This document shows, in pieces, positions 1 to 9,200 of a stretch of DNA of 64,000 nt; positions within the stretch are counted from its first letter, which is position 1; every line of letters starts with the position of its first letter. This DNA is from Longimicrobiales bacterium (lineage in GTDB: Bacteria > Gemmatimonadota > Gemmatimonadetes > Longimicrobiales > RSA9), in assembly GCA_035461085.1 (NCBI GenBank), contig DATHVW010000018.1:8387-72386 (forward strand), in the 5' to 3' direction. Made by a program: the position numbers and the translations under genes. The notes under the pieces are model-generated. The model was given only the letters and a program-made list of their open reading frames with translations, made no database searches and was not told where the DNA came from.

Positions 1-100
1 ATCTCCTCAGATAACGTTATGGTCCGTCCGTCAATCGATCGGATCGGACGCGCCGGGGAGGCGGATTGCGCTTGTAAGTGCAGCGGCAGACGACGGATGT

Positions 101-140
101 CAAGAGAAATGGCGACGCCGGCCGTCGCTGACGGCCGGCG
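101..140 (-). terminator. Intrinsic-terminator-like hairpin ending the selD/small-ORF transcription unit
   Basis: Perfect 11-bp stem CGCCGGCCGTC (116-126) / GACGGCCGGCG (130-140) with a 3-nt loop. On the minus strand it is followed by the T-rich TCGCCATTTCTCTT. Confidence 0.55.
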
Positions 141-152
141 CGCGATGCCGGA

Positions 153-428
<276 letters not shown>

Positions 429-467
429 TCAGACCCCATGGTGTCAAGAAGAGTGCCGCAAAAGCGG

Positions 468-1535
468 TTATGCCAGCACGCGAATGGCGCCGGCAGATCC
501 GGTCTCGACCGCGCCGACCGCGACGGCGATCGGTGTGAGCTCGGCTGTCAGCTCCGTGATGAGCCGCTCCGCGCGCTCCGGCGGGACGGCAATGAGCAGA
601 CCGCCCGATGTCTGCGCGTCGCACAGCAGCAGGCGCTGCAGCTCGGAGAGCGAGTCGTCCCATACGACATCGGGCGACACGTCGTCGAGATTGCGTCGCG
701 TGCCGCCCGAGATGCAGCCCGCGGCGGCCAGCTCGGCCGTGCCGGGGAGGAGCGGAACGGCCCCCGCATCGATGCGGGCAGCGACGCCGCTGGCGCGGAG
801 CATGTTACGCAGATGGATGAGCAGCCCGAAACCCGTGATGTCGGTTGCCGCCGATACGCCCGTGCGCAGCATGGCCTCGGCCGCACCGCGGTTCAGCGTG
901 GTCATGCACGCCACGGCATCCCTGATCGCATCCTCGGAGGCCAGTCCGCGCTTGATGCCCGTCGCAATCACACCGGTGCCGATGGGCTTGGTCAGAACGA
1001 GCACATCGCCTGGCAGTGCGCCGCTGTTGCGCGTGATACTCGCAGGATCCGCTTCGCCGATCACGCACATGCCGAACTTCGGCTCCGCATCATCGACGGA
1101 GTGGCCGCCAATGACGGCGATCCCCGCCTCGAGCGCGATGTCGCCGCCGCCGCGAACGATCTCCTCGAGGATGCCGCGGCCGAGCAGGTCGCGCGGAAAG
1201 CCGACCAGGCTGAGCGCGAAGCGCGGCCGTCCGCCCATGGCGTACACATCGGACAGTGCGTTCGCGGCTGCGATCCGGCCGAAATCGTACGGGTCATCGA
1301 CAATGGACGTAAAGAAGTCCACCGTCGCGATGAGCGCACGGTTCTCGTCGATCTGGTAGACGGCCGCATCATCGGACGTGCTCGCATCGATGAGGACGGC
1401 CGGATCTGCGTACGGCACGAGATTGCGCAGCACGTGCGCGAGCTCCGCCGATCCGAGCTTGCACGCGCACCCCGCACCATGAGACAGCTGCGACAGGCGA
1501 ACGTCCGCGCGGCCGACGGGATCTGATGTTGTCAT
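468..1535 (-). CDS. selD: Selenide, water dikinase (selenophosphate synthetase), Cys-type
   Basis: N-terminal SHGAGCACKLG matches the SelD Cys/Sec-x-x-Lys active-site loop. PurM/AIR-synthase-like motifs are present (DFFTSIVDDPYDFGRIAAANALSDVYAMGG, LTKPIGTG). The ORF is full length at 355 aa. Confidence 0.93.
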   Translation of the reverse strand: MTTSDPVGRADVRLSQLSHGAGCACKLGSAELAHVLRNLVPYADPAVLIDASTSDDAAVYQIDENRALIATVDFFTSIVDDPYDFGRIAAANALSDVYAMGGRPRFALSLVGFPRDLLGRGILEEIVRGGGDIALEAGIAVIGGHSVDDAEPKFGMCVIGEADPASITRNSGALPGDVLVLTKPIGTGVIATGIKRGLASEDAIRDAVACMTTLNRGAAEAMLRTGVSAATDITGFGLLIHLRNMLRASGVAARIDAGAVPLLPGTAELAAAGCISGGTRRNLDDVSPDVVWDDSLSELQRLLLCDAQTSGGLLIAVPPERAERLITELTAELTPIAVAVGAVETGSAGAIRVLA

Positions 1536-1934
1536 TCAGCCAACATAAACGGCCGCCGGCCCACTCGCGAGAACGTGCGCACGTGCGGCGGCACGACCGT
1601 CCGCGCATCCGCGAGAGGCGCGGGTCTCCGGCAGCACGCGCACGGCGCACGCCCGGCGCGTCACGGCGCGATTGTTTTGCGTTTTTCGCACGGTACCGGC
1701 TAAACAGTTCGCAACGGGTCGCTGCTGCGAGTCTGTGCACGCGGGTCAGCGCAATACTGGCGAATGTTGCAGTTCAATGACTTAGCGCGCTCCCCCACAT
1801 TTGTTTCCGCACGGCGGGAACCTGCGGCCCCGTTGTGGCAGTAGCAGGAGTTGAACCGGGTGAAGTCGATCGGGGCCCGGCGCCGGGCGCTGGCTGTTAT
1901 GTCGCGCCCCGTCACTCCTTCAGTGGAGGCAGGC

Positions 1935-2651
1935 ATGCGGCGGCACAGGAGCATGCGGTGGTGGTATGCAGTGGCGCTCGTGGTCGTTCTGGGCGCGAGC
2001 GGCTGCGGCACGCGACATCACCTGGGACGCTACGACTTTGCGGGCCGAACCGTTGCGATCGTGCATGTGACGCCGACGTCGGGCGATCTGCGGATGGGCT
2101 CGTTCTCGGCCGAACGTGGTGATCCGGTGGGAGCGCTGGTCGCGGCGGGCTCACGGCTGGCGGTGGAGGTGGAGGCGCGCCGGGTTCGTGCGCGTCTGGA
2201 CAGTGCGGCGGCGCGCGTCGTGGTCGGGACGCGGATGGCGGACCGGACGGCGGAGCGTGCGACGATGTATCTGGGTGCGCGGCGTGTGCCGGCGCCGTCG
2301 TCGGCGGATTACGTGCTGGACCTGCGTGTGCGGAGCTACGGTGTGAGTGCGCGCGACTGGCAGTCGGCGGCGCAGCTGTATCTGGAGGCGGACGTAGTGC
2401 TGCTGGATGCTGCGACGGGCGTGGAGATCTGGACGACGCGCGTGAACGGCTGGGATGCGATCACGCCGCGCGTGGCGAGCTCGGGCGATGTTCCGCGCGA
2501 CATCATCACGGCGGCCGGTCTGCTGACCGTGTCGGTCGAGGACCTGGAGCGCACACTGCAGCGGGTGGTGGACGTTTCGGCCGACGCCGTGACGGACGAG
2601 CTGCGGGAGAAGCTGCGCGACGTGCGGCGGGATCAGATCGCGCGCCGCTAG
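1935..2651 (+). CDS. Hypothetical lipoprotein
   Basis: ATG 1935 is preceded by GGAGGC. It has a signal peptide with lipobox VLGASG-C. No recognisable catalytic motif. The ORF-track start at 1851 was judged too far upstream. Confidence 0.6.
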   Translation: MRRHRSMRWWYAVALVVVLGASGCGTRHHLGRYDFAGRTVAIVHVTPTSGDLRMGSFSAERGDPVGALVAAGSRLAVEVEARRVRARLDSAAARVVVGTRMADRTAERATMYLGARRVPAPSSADYVLDLRVRSYGVSARDWQSAAQLYLEADVVLLDAATGVEIWTTRVNGWDAITPRVASSGDVPRDIITAAGLLTVSVEDLERTLQRVVDVSADAVTDELREKLRDVRRDQIARR

Positions 2652-2774
2652 ATCATGGACGACGGAACGCACGGGCTCCCGTGCCGGCGCGATGGACATT
2701 GCGTCGGCCCGGGAGCCCGGTGCATCATGGGTGATCAAGCCCCTGCCCGGGTCCCTGTCCAGCTTCGATGAGAA

Positions 2775-5700
2775 GTGATGAGCGACAGCACCAGCACGCC
2801 ACCCGGCCGGCACTCCCACGACATTGACGAGCTGATGCAGCGCGAGCTCGGCGCGGCCTGGGCAGGTCGCACCGACGGCGGTCTGTTCGGCATTGCCCTT
2901 TCCGGCGGCGGCATCCGCAGCGCCACGTTCAATCTCGGTCTGCTCCAGGGGCTGCAGCGCGTCGGTCTGCTGCAGTGTTTCGATTATCTCTCCACCGTGT
3001 CCGGCGGCGGCTACGCGGGCGCGTTCTGGTCGGCATGGCGTCGACGGGATCGCGCGAACGCGACGATGCTCCCGGGCGCCGGCGTGGGGACGCAGGCAGC
3101 GGAGCACCCGGCGCTGCGGCATCTGCGCGAGTTCAGCAACTTCCTGAGTCCGCGCCTGGAGCTGTTCGGCTACGACACGGGTCGCCTGGTCGTGGCGCCG
3201 ATCGCGGCGGGCATTCCATCGCTGATGGTGGCCCTGTCGGTGATCGTGATCATCCTGACCCTGTGGTCCGTCATGGCGTGGCTGCTGCTCGGCACCGATA
3301 CGCGCGTCTCGTACGGCGTGCTCGCGACTGCCGTCGCCGCAGTGCTCTATCTGTTCGAGCGGTCATGGCAGCGACGCGAGGGCGGTGTCGCCGGACCAAC
3401 GCGGGAGCCCGCGTATGTCGCCGGTGCGATCGCAGGGCTGGCGGTCACTCTTGCGGCATGGGGCGCGGTGCGGCCGGAAGCGGCAGTGTTCGACATGCGG
3501 GGGCTGCCGCTGTACCACGGCGGAGCCGATCTGTTCGCGCCCGCCGTCGCATGTGCAGCGGCGCTGCTGACGCTGGTGACGGTGCGGGCATTGGCATCAC
3601 GATGGGTAGACGCTCCGCCGCGCCGGCGCATGCAGGCTGCGCTCGATCGTATCCTCGCCCGTCTGCTGTTCATCGCGATCGTCTGGTCCGTCGTCTCGGC
3701 ACTCTGGCTCGCGGGCGTGCACCTTCCCCGCCTCGCGGGTGCGCCGCTGGCGAATGCCAGCTGGTCGGGCGCGCTGCTGGGCACACTCACTGCGGCATTC
3801 CTGTGGGCGCGGAAGCGGCTGGAGCGACAGCCCAACAAGCCGGCGGGCCACAGCATCCTGGCGAGGCTGAAGCCGCGCCTGCCTCAGATGCTGGCGTACG
3901 CTGCGGTCACGCTCATGGTGCTGATGACCGTAGTGACACTCGCGTGGTGGCAGGCGCAGAGCGGGGCGCTGATGGTCGGCCTGCATCCGCTGCGTGCGTT
4001 CGTCGCCGGTGCTCTGCTGGTCCTGGCGCTTGCTGCGCTGCTCTTCCATCCGAACCGCATCGGCCTTCATGCGTTCTACCGCGGACGCCTCGCGCGAGCA
4101 TACCCGGGCGCGGCCAATCCGCGTTCGCCCGCGTCGCGTGCGACGGAAGAGCTGCCGGGCGACGACTTCGCGATCACGGAGCTGGAACACAACCGCCCCG
4201 TGCACCTGGTGTGCTGCGCCGCGAACGACCTGACGCCGTTCGAGCCGCTCGCGTCACTCCAGCGGGGCGCCGACAGCGCAGTGCTGTCGCCGCATGCGTT
4301 CTCCGTGGGCGGCTGCTGGCGGACGTGGCAGAATCAGAAGCCGCCGACACTCGCGGGGGCGATTACGGCGTCCGGCGCGGCGTTCAACTCGATGATGGGC
4401 GCGTACTCCAGGAAGTTCGGCCCGGCATCGGTATTCCTCATGGCCGCGCTCAATCTCCGCCTGGGCCGGTGGCACCGGCATCCGCACGCGCCGCGCCGGC
4501 GACCGGACGGCGAGCGGCTGCTGCCCGGCGTGCTGTTCCTGAAGGAGCTGTTCGGCATGTCGAGCGCTACGGGGGCCGACGTGCATCTGTCCGATGGCGG
4601 ACATTTCGAGAACATGGGGATGTACGAGCTGCTGCGCCGCAGGTGCCGCTACATCCTGGCTGCCGACTGTGGTGCCGATCCCGACTTCGCATTCGACGAC
4701 GTCGGCAATCTCGTACGTCGCGCACGCGAAGACTTCGCCATCGAGATCCGGATCGATCTCTCGCCGCTGCGTCCGGGCCCGGATGGCACGGCAAGGCAGC
4801 CGATGGTGGCGGGCGACATCCATTATCCGGACGGCGTGACGGGTGTGCTGCTGCTGTTCAAGCCGACGCTCATCGGGTCGGAGCCGGCCGACGTAACGCA
4901 GTATCGCTCCCGCAACCAGCGCTTCCCCGCCGAGAGTACCGGTGACCAGTTCTACGACGAGGCGCAGTGGGAGTCGTACCGGCGACTGGGGCAGTTCGCG
5001 GCGGAATCCGCGTTCGGCTTCGTGCAGCGCGACCCGACGCTGCGAACGGATCATCCTGAAACTGCGTGCGACGATATCGACGAAGCGATGGCCGCGCGAG
5101 CGGCACGCATCTTCGCGCGGGCGCGCTTCGACTGGCTGCCGCGTCCCGCAGGCATCGAAGAACGAATCACCGACTTCGCCGAGCGCGCCGCGGCACTGGA
5201 TGCGCACGTGGCCACTACGCACGATGCGCTGCACCGGGAGGTAATGAAGGAGGCCGATGAACTGAGCGTGCAGCTGCACGCACTGCGGTCGGCTTCCGAC
5301 ACCCACGCGCCCGCCCGCTCGCGCACCGACGCGACGATCGAGGCCGCAACAGCGCCGATGCACGCCACGGACCTCGACGCCATGCAGCTCGCGTCATCGC
5401 TCGCTCCGGTGCGTGCCGGCGCGCTGTTCATGGAGCAGACGTATTACGCGTGGGACCTCGAGACCACGGGGAGTCAGCCGCTCAGCCTGGGTGTCATGAA
5501 CTTCTTCGCGCGCTGGGCTTATGCACCACTGTTCCGCATGTGGTGGCCCGTCATGCGCAGTACGCTCACGCCGCAGTTCGTGCGCTTCATGGAAACGCAG
5601 TTCGGCCTCGAACGCATTCCGCCGCACCGCGACCAGGACACGTGGGTGGAGCCCGTGAGCGAGGCGGATGTCGATGCGCCAGGCTTCGCCATGCAGTGCT

Positions 5701-6155
5701 GGATGATCCATAACGGATCGCCGGCACGTGGCACATCCGGCGCACGTTTTTTCGAGTATCGCCTGCGCCTGCGCTACCGGACGCTGCCCGCATTCCAGGT
5801 ACAGGCGGCGTTGGTACGCTGCGTGGAGGTGGACGGAGGCATCCGATACTGGCCGACGCGGGACTTCCATGTCCCGCCCGGCCTGTGGGGCATCGGGATC
5901 GGCGAGGACTTCCTGCGCTCACTGGTACGACGCTTCACGCGGGATGGCGGATCGATTCACGTGCAGATCCCGGGTTCGGGCTCACTGGATGCGGATGCGC
6001 TGAAACGCATCGCCGACGAGAGTCAGCTGTACCGGTCGGCCGGGTTCCGGGAGTCCGTCCCCTCGGCCGAGGTGCTGCAGCGGATCGGGAAGGCGGTGGA
6101 GGGCGCGGTGTCCGTCGACGAATTACAGACATCGACATGGCTCGTTCGCGATTGA
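2775..6155 (+). CDS. Patatin-like phospholipase with polytopic membrane insert and long C-terminal extension (1126 aa)
   Basis: Oxyanion and nucleophile motifs ALSGGGIRS and STVSGGG lie at aa ~42-79. The catalytic Asp motif LSDGGHFENMG lies at aa ~605. About 7 or more hydrophobic helices sit between them (aa ~140-425). The family-typical FPAESTGDQFYDEAQWESYRRLG is present. About 410 further residues are unassigned. Confidence 0.85.
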   Translation: MMSDSTSTPPGRHSHDIDELMQRELGAAWAGRTDGGLFGIALSGGGIRSATFNLGLLQGLQRVGLLQCFDYLSTVSGGGYAGAFWSAWRRRDRANATMLPGAGVGTQAAEHPALRHLREFSNFLSPRLELFGYDTGRLVVAPIAAGIPSLMVALSVIVIILTLWSVMAWLLLGTDTRVSYGVLATAVAAVLYLFERSWQRREGGVAGPTREPAYVAGAIAGLAVTLAAWGAVRPEAAVFDMRGLPLYHGGADLFAPAVACAAALLTLVTVRALASRWVDAPPRRRMQAALDRILARLLFIAIVWSVVSALWLAGVHLPRLAGAPLANASWSGALLGTLTAAFLWARKRLERQPNKPAGHSILARLKPRLPQMLAYAAVTLMVLMTVVTLAWWQAQSGALMVGLHPLRAFVAGALLVLALAALLFHPNRIGLHAFYRGRLARAYPGAANPRSPASRATEELPGDDFAITELEHNRPVHLVCCAANDLTPFEPLASLQRGADSAVLSPHAFSVGGCWRTWQNQKPPTLAGAITASGAAFNSMMGAYSRKFGPASVFLMAALNLRLGRWHRHPHAPRRRPDGERLLPGVLFLKELFGMSSATGADVHLSDGGHFENMGMYELLRRRCRYILAADCGADPDFAFDDVGNLVRRAREDFAIEIRIDLSPLRPGPDGTARQPMVAGDIHYPDGVTGVLLLFKPTLIGSEPADVTQYRSRNQRFPAESTGDQFYDEAQWESYRRLGQFAAESAFGFVQRDPTLRTDHPETACDDIDEAMAARAARIFARARFDWLPRPAGIEERITDFAERAAALDAHVATTHDALHREVMKEADELSVQLHALRSASDTHAPARSRTDATIEAATAPMHATDLDAMQLASSLAPVRAGALFMEQTYYAWDLETTGSQPLSLGVMNFFARWAYAPLFRMWWPVMRSTLTPQFVRFMETQFGLERIPPHRDQDTWVEPVSEADVDAPGFAMQCWMIHNGSPARGTSGARFFEYRLRLRYRTLPAFQVQAALVRCVEVDGGIRYWPTRDFHVPPGLWGIGIGEDFLRSLVRRFTRDGGSIHVQIPGSGSLDADALKRIADESQLYRSAGFRESVPSAEVLQRIGKAVEGAVSVDELQTSTWLVRD

Positions 6156-6264
6156 TGCGGAAAGTCGAAGTACCATGCCGGCTGGCGCTGCTCTTGCGGC
6201 GATATATCTCCTGCCCTGCCCGGGTGCGCGCAGGCGGCAGGTGCCGCTGTCGCGGAGGTGCTTC

Positions 6265-7119
6265 ATGCAGGACGCGGGAGCCGGAGTATTCGTCATTGAT
6301 GATGATCCGAAGGTACGAACGGCGCTCGCGCGACTCATCGAGTCAGCGGGATACGCGGTGCGCACGTTCGGCTCGGCGCGTGAATTCCTGGATCGCCGGC
6401 ATGAGCTCGGACCGGGGTGCCTGCTGCTGGACGTCCGGCTGCCGGACCTGAACGGGCTGGACCTGCAGCAGCGGCTGCAGGAGAGCGGATCCTACCTGCC
6501 CGTCATTTTCATGACGGGATTCGGCGACATCCCGACGAGTGTGCGGGCCATCAAGGCTGGTGCGTTCGACTTCCTCACCAAGCCGGTCGAGGATCATGTT
6601 CTCCTGCGCACGATCAGTGAAGCGCTGGAAGAGGAATCGCGGACGCGATCGGAGCGGGTCGAGACGGAGGAGCTGGCGGGCCGGGCGGAGTCGCTGACCC
6701 CCCGGGAACGGGAGGTCATGGAGCATATCATCGCCGGCCTGCTCAACAAGCAGATTGCCCGCGAGCTGGGCATCTCGGAAAAGACGGTCAAGGTGCACCG
6801 GTCGCGGGTGATGTCCAAGATGGGTGCACGGCGGGTCGCAACACTGGTGCACTATGCCGTCCGGCTGGGCATGGGCCCCGGCGCCGCGCCCGCAACGGGC
6901 GTGACGCCGGGGCCGTCTACTTTTTTGCAGCCCCACGAGTCGGACCGAAGCGCCGCCTGGGCGGCCAGCGCAGCCCGCGATCGGGGTGCTGCGGCGGGGC
7001 CTGCCGAGTATGCCGATCCGCCGCCTGCGGAGAGCCAGCCTCCGGATCATCGGCAGATGGGCGATCAGGGCGATCGACAGCAGGCGTCGAAGCCGCCGCC
7101 CGGCGACCGTTCCCACTGA
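6265..7119 (+). CDS. Two-component response regulator, FixJ/NarL (LuxR-type HTH) family
   Basis: Receiver motifs are present (VFVIDDDPKVR, LLLDVRLPDLNG, AIKAGAFDFLTKP). LuxR HTH is present (LTPREREVMEHIIAGLLNKQIARELGISEKTVKVHRSRVMSKM). ATG 6265 is preceded by GGAGG. About 80 aa of low-complexity tail follow the HTH. Confidence 0.9.
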   Translation: MQDAGAGVFVIDDDPKVRTALARLIESAGYAVRTFGSAREFLDRRHELGPGCLLLDVRLPDLNGLDLQQRLQESGSYLPVIFMTGFGDIPTSVRAIKAGAFDFLTKPVEDHVLLRTISEALEEESRTRSERVETEELAGRAESLTPREREVMEHIIAGLLNKQIARELGISEKTVKVHRSRVMSKMGARRVATLVHYAVRLGMGPGAAPATGVTPGPSTFLQPHESDRSAAWAASAARDRGAAAGPAEYADPPPAESQPPDHRQMGDQGDRQQASKPPPGDRSH

Positions 7120-9124
7120 CGGGTGCGATGGGCAGCGAGAACGTGAACGTGCTGCCGTCATTCACTGCGCTGTCCACCCAGATCCGGCCGCCGTGCGCCT
7201 CCACGATCCCGCGTGCGATGGCGAGGCCGAGTCCCGAGCCGCGCCGATCGTTCTGCCGGCCCTGCCAGAAATGTTCGAAGACGAGAGGCACCTGGTCCGC
7301 GGGAATTCCCGGCCCCTCGTCGTGCACGGATATGCGAATCTCGTCCTCGACCACGCGCGCCCGCACGGCGATCGCCGCGCCCTCCGGCGAGAACTTGATT
7401 GCGTTGCCGAGGAGGTTGCCGATGACGCGCACGACCTCGGGCGGATCGGCGGCGACGGGCGGCAGATCGCCCCGCACGTCGGTCGAGATCACGATGTCCT
7501 TCTCGGCCGCCAGAGGGCGGAGCGTTTCGCACGCTTCCGTGATGATGGCTGCCGCGCTCGACTCGCGCGGATCGACCGTGAAGTGCATCGACTCCATGCG
7601 GGACACATCGAGCAGGTCTTCAATGAGATGATTGATCTGACCGGTGGTACGCTGAAGGATGTCGAAAAGGTGCCGGATGTCCGCCCTGCGCTCCGGCATG
7701 GAGTCATCCAGCACCGAGAGAGTCGCGACGATGGTATGGAGCGGTGAGCGCAGGTCGTGCGAGACGATGCCGAGCACCTCGTTGCGCGACCGTATGGCCC
7801 GCTGCGCCGACTCATAGAGGTACGCGTTGTCGAGTGCGAGCGCCGCGCACCCCGCCAGCTGCTTCACCGTCTGTATGTACAGCGGGTCGAAGAAGCGTCG
7901 CGGGCTCGAGAAGCCGAACGTAACCGCGCCCATCGCGCGGCCCCGTGCCTCGAGCGGAACCACCATGTACGCTCGTGCGTCCGCATCCGCGGTCAGGCCC
8001 AGGCGCTGCACCGTCGTATCCGATGTCACCTGCATCCCGCTCTCGCACTCCGCCTCGCCGGTATGCACTACATGCATTGGCGCGGTGTCGACGCCTGCGT
8101 GCGCCGGCATGGTCGAATCGAGCGCGAGCGCCGGCTCCAGCGCCGGCTGGGCGTGAGCGACCGCGACGCGGCGCAGCGAGCCGTCCTGCTGGAGCAGGTC
8201 AACCAGGCACAGATCGGCGTAATCGGGAATGCCGATGTGTGCGAGTGCTGCGGCCGTGGCACTCACGTCCAGCACCTCCTCCAGGGCAGCGCCCGCCCGT
8301 GCCAGGAAGCGGTGTGCATCCTCGCTCGCCTTCAGCTCCGTGATGTCCACGATCGAGCCGACCACGCGAACGGGCTCGCCGCGCTCGCTGCGCACGATGT
8401 GCGCGCGGTCCAGCACCGCCGCGTAGGAGCCGTCGCCGCGCAGCAGCCGGTACTCGTCAGTCCACGTGCTATCCGTACCCGACATGGCCCGCTGCAAACC
8501 GCGCAGGGTCCGCTCCCGATCCATGGGGTGCACCCGCTCGGCGTGCCAGTCGATGCCCGTACGCACCTCCTCCGCCATGTATCTGAACCGTCGCGCGGTG
8601 GCGCTGCCCCACTCCACCCGCGCTGCGGGCACGTTCCAGTCCCATAGCACGTCCTGCGCTGCCACACCGGCGAGCTGAAGCCGTTCCGCAGCGGCGCGGA
8701 GGTTCTGCTCCTCGGTGAAGCGGTGAGTGATGTCCACGAGGTAGACCCGCGTTTCCGTGATGCTGCCCGTGTCGCTCACTGTCGCCGAGATGCGTGTAAT
8801 GACGTGCATGGGCGAGCCATCACGTCGGGCAAAACGGATCTCGTCCTGCAATACCAGCGTACCGGCGCGGGTGTGATCGACCGCGTCGAGGCGTGCGAGC
8901 AAACCGGCGAGCGGGCCGGGCTGCGGTTCGAGCTCGTGCAGGAAGGACGGCGACGCGTCCGCGCGGGCACCGCATCCCGTAATGCGCACAAACTCCGGAT
9001 TGCATGCGATGATGCGCCCGCCCGCATCGGCAATGGCCTGACCGGCGAGGTCATCGTGGAAGCTGCGTCGCAGCAGAGCGCGCGTGCGCTCGGCGTCGTG
9101 GTCGATGTAAGTGCGTCTCCTCAT
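6917..9124 (-). CDS. Multi-sensor (PAS/GAF-like) histidine kinase
   Basis: H-box SHDLRSPLHTI and HATPase_c motifs (GNLLGNAIKFSP, HDEGPGIP, GSGLGLAIARGIV) are present. The N-terminal region is PAS- and GAF-like. ATG 9124 has a GGAGG RBS. A ~67-aa low-complexity C-terminal tail is present. Confidence 0.88.
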   Translation of the reverse strand: MRRRTYIDHDAERTRALLRRSFHDDLAGQAIADAGGRIIACNPEFVRITGCGARADASPSFLHELEPQPGPLAGLLARLDAVDHTRAGTLVLQDEIRFARRDGSPMHVITRISATVSDTGSITETRVYLVDITHRFTEEQNLRAAAERLQLAGVAAQDVLWDWNVPAARVEWGSATARRFRYMAEEVRTGIDWHAERVHPMDRERTLRGLQRAMSGTDSTWTDEYRLLRGDGSYAAVLDRAHIVRSERGEPVRVVGSIVDITELKASEDAHRFLARAGAALEEVLDVSATAAALAHIGIPDYADLCLVDLLQQDGSLRRVAVAHAQPALEPALALDSTMPAHAGVDTAPMHVVHTGEAECESGMQVTSDTTVQRLGLTADADARAYMVVPLEARGRAMGAVTFGFSSPRRFFDPLYIQTVKQLAGCAALALDNAYLYESAQRAIRSRNEVLGIVSHDLRSPLHTIVATLSVLDDSMPERRADIRHLFDILQRTTGQINHLIEDLLDVSRMESMHFTVDPRESSAAAIITEACETLRPLAAEKDIVISTDVRGDLPPVAADPPEVVRVIGNLLGNAIKFSPEGAAIAVRARVVEDEIRISVHDEGPGIPADQVPLVFEHFWQGRQNDRRGSGLGLAIARGIVEAHGGRIWVDSAVNDGSTFTFSLPIAPVSGNGRRAAASTPAVDRPDRPSADDPEAGSPQAADRHTRQAPPQHPDRGLRWPPRRRFGPTRGAAKK

Positions 9125-9200
9125 ACATTCCTCCGTCCTTCGAGCGGGGCCCGTATGTACGATCACGGGATGGCGGCGCGCGTTGAATTGGACCTTCTGA

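Noticed and set aside
2151-5363. Long ORFs 2151..3122(-), 2975..4945(+), 3597..4205(-) and 4254..5363(-) within or opposite the patatin gene
   Set aside because: They are out of frame with or antisense to a reading frame that carries patatin motifs end to end. Their composition is Arg/His/Pro-rich and their hydrophobicity pattern is not protein-like.
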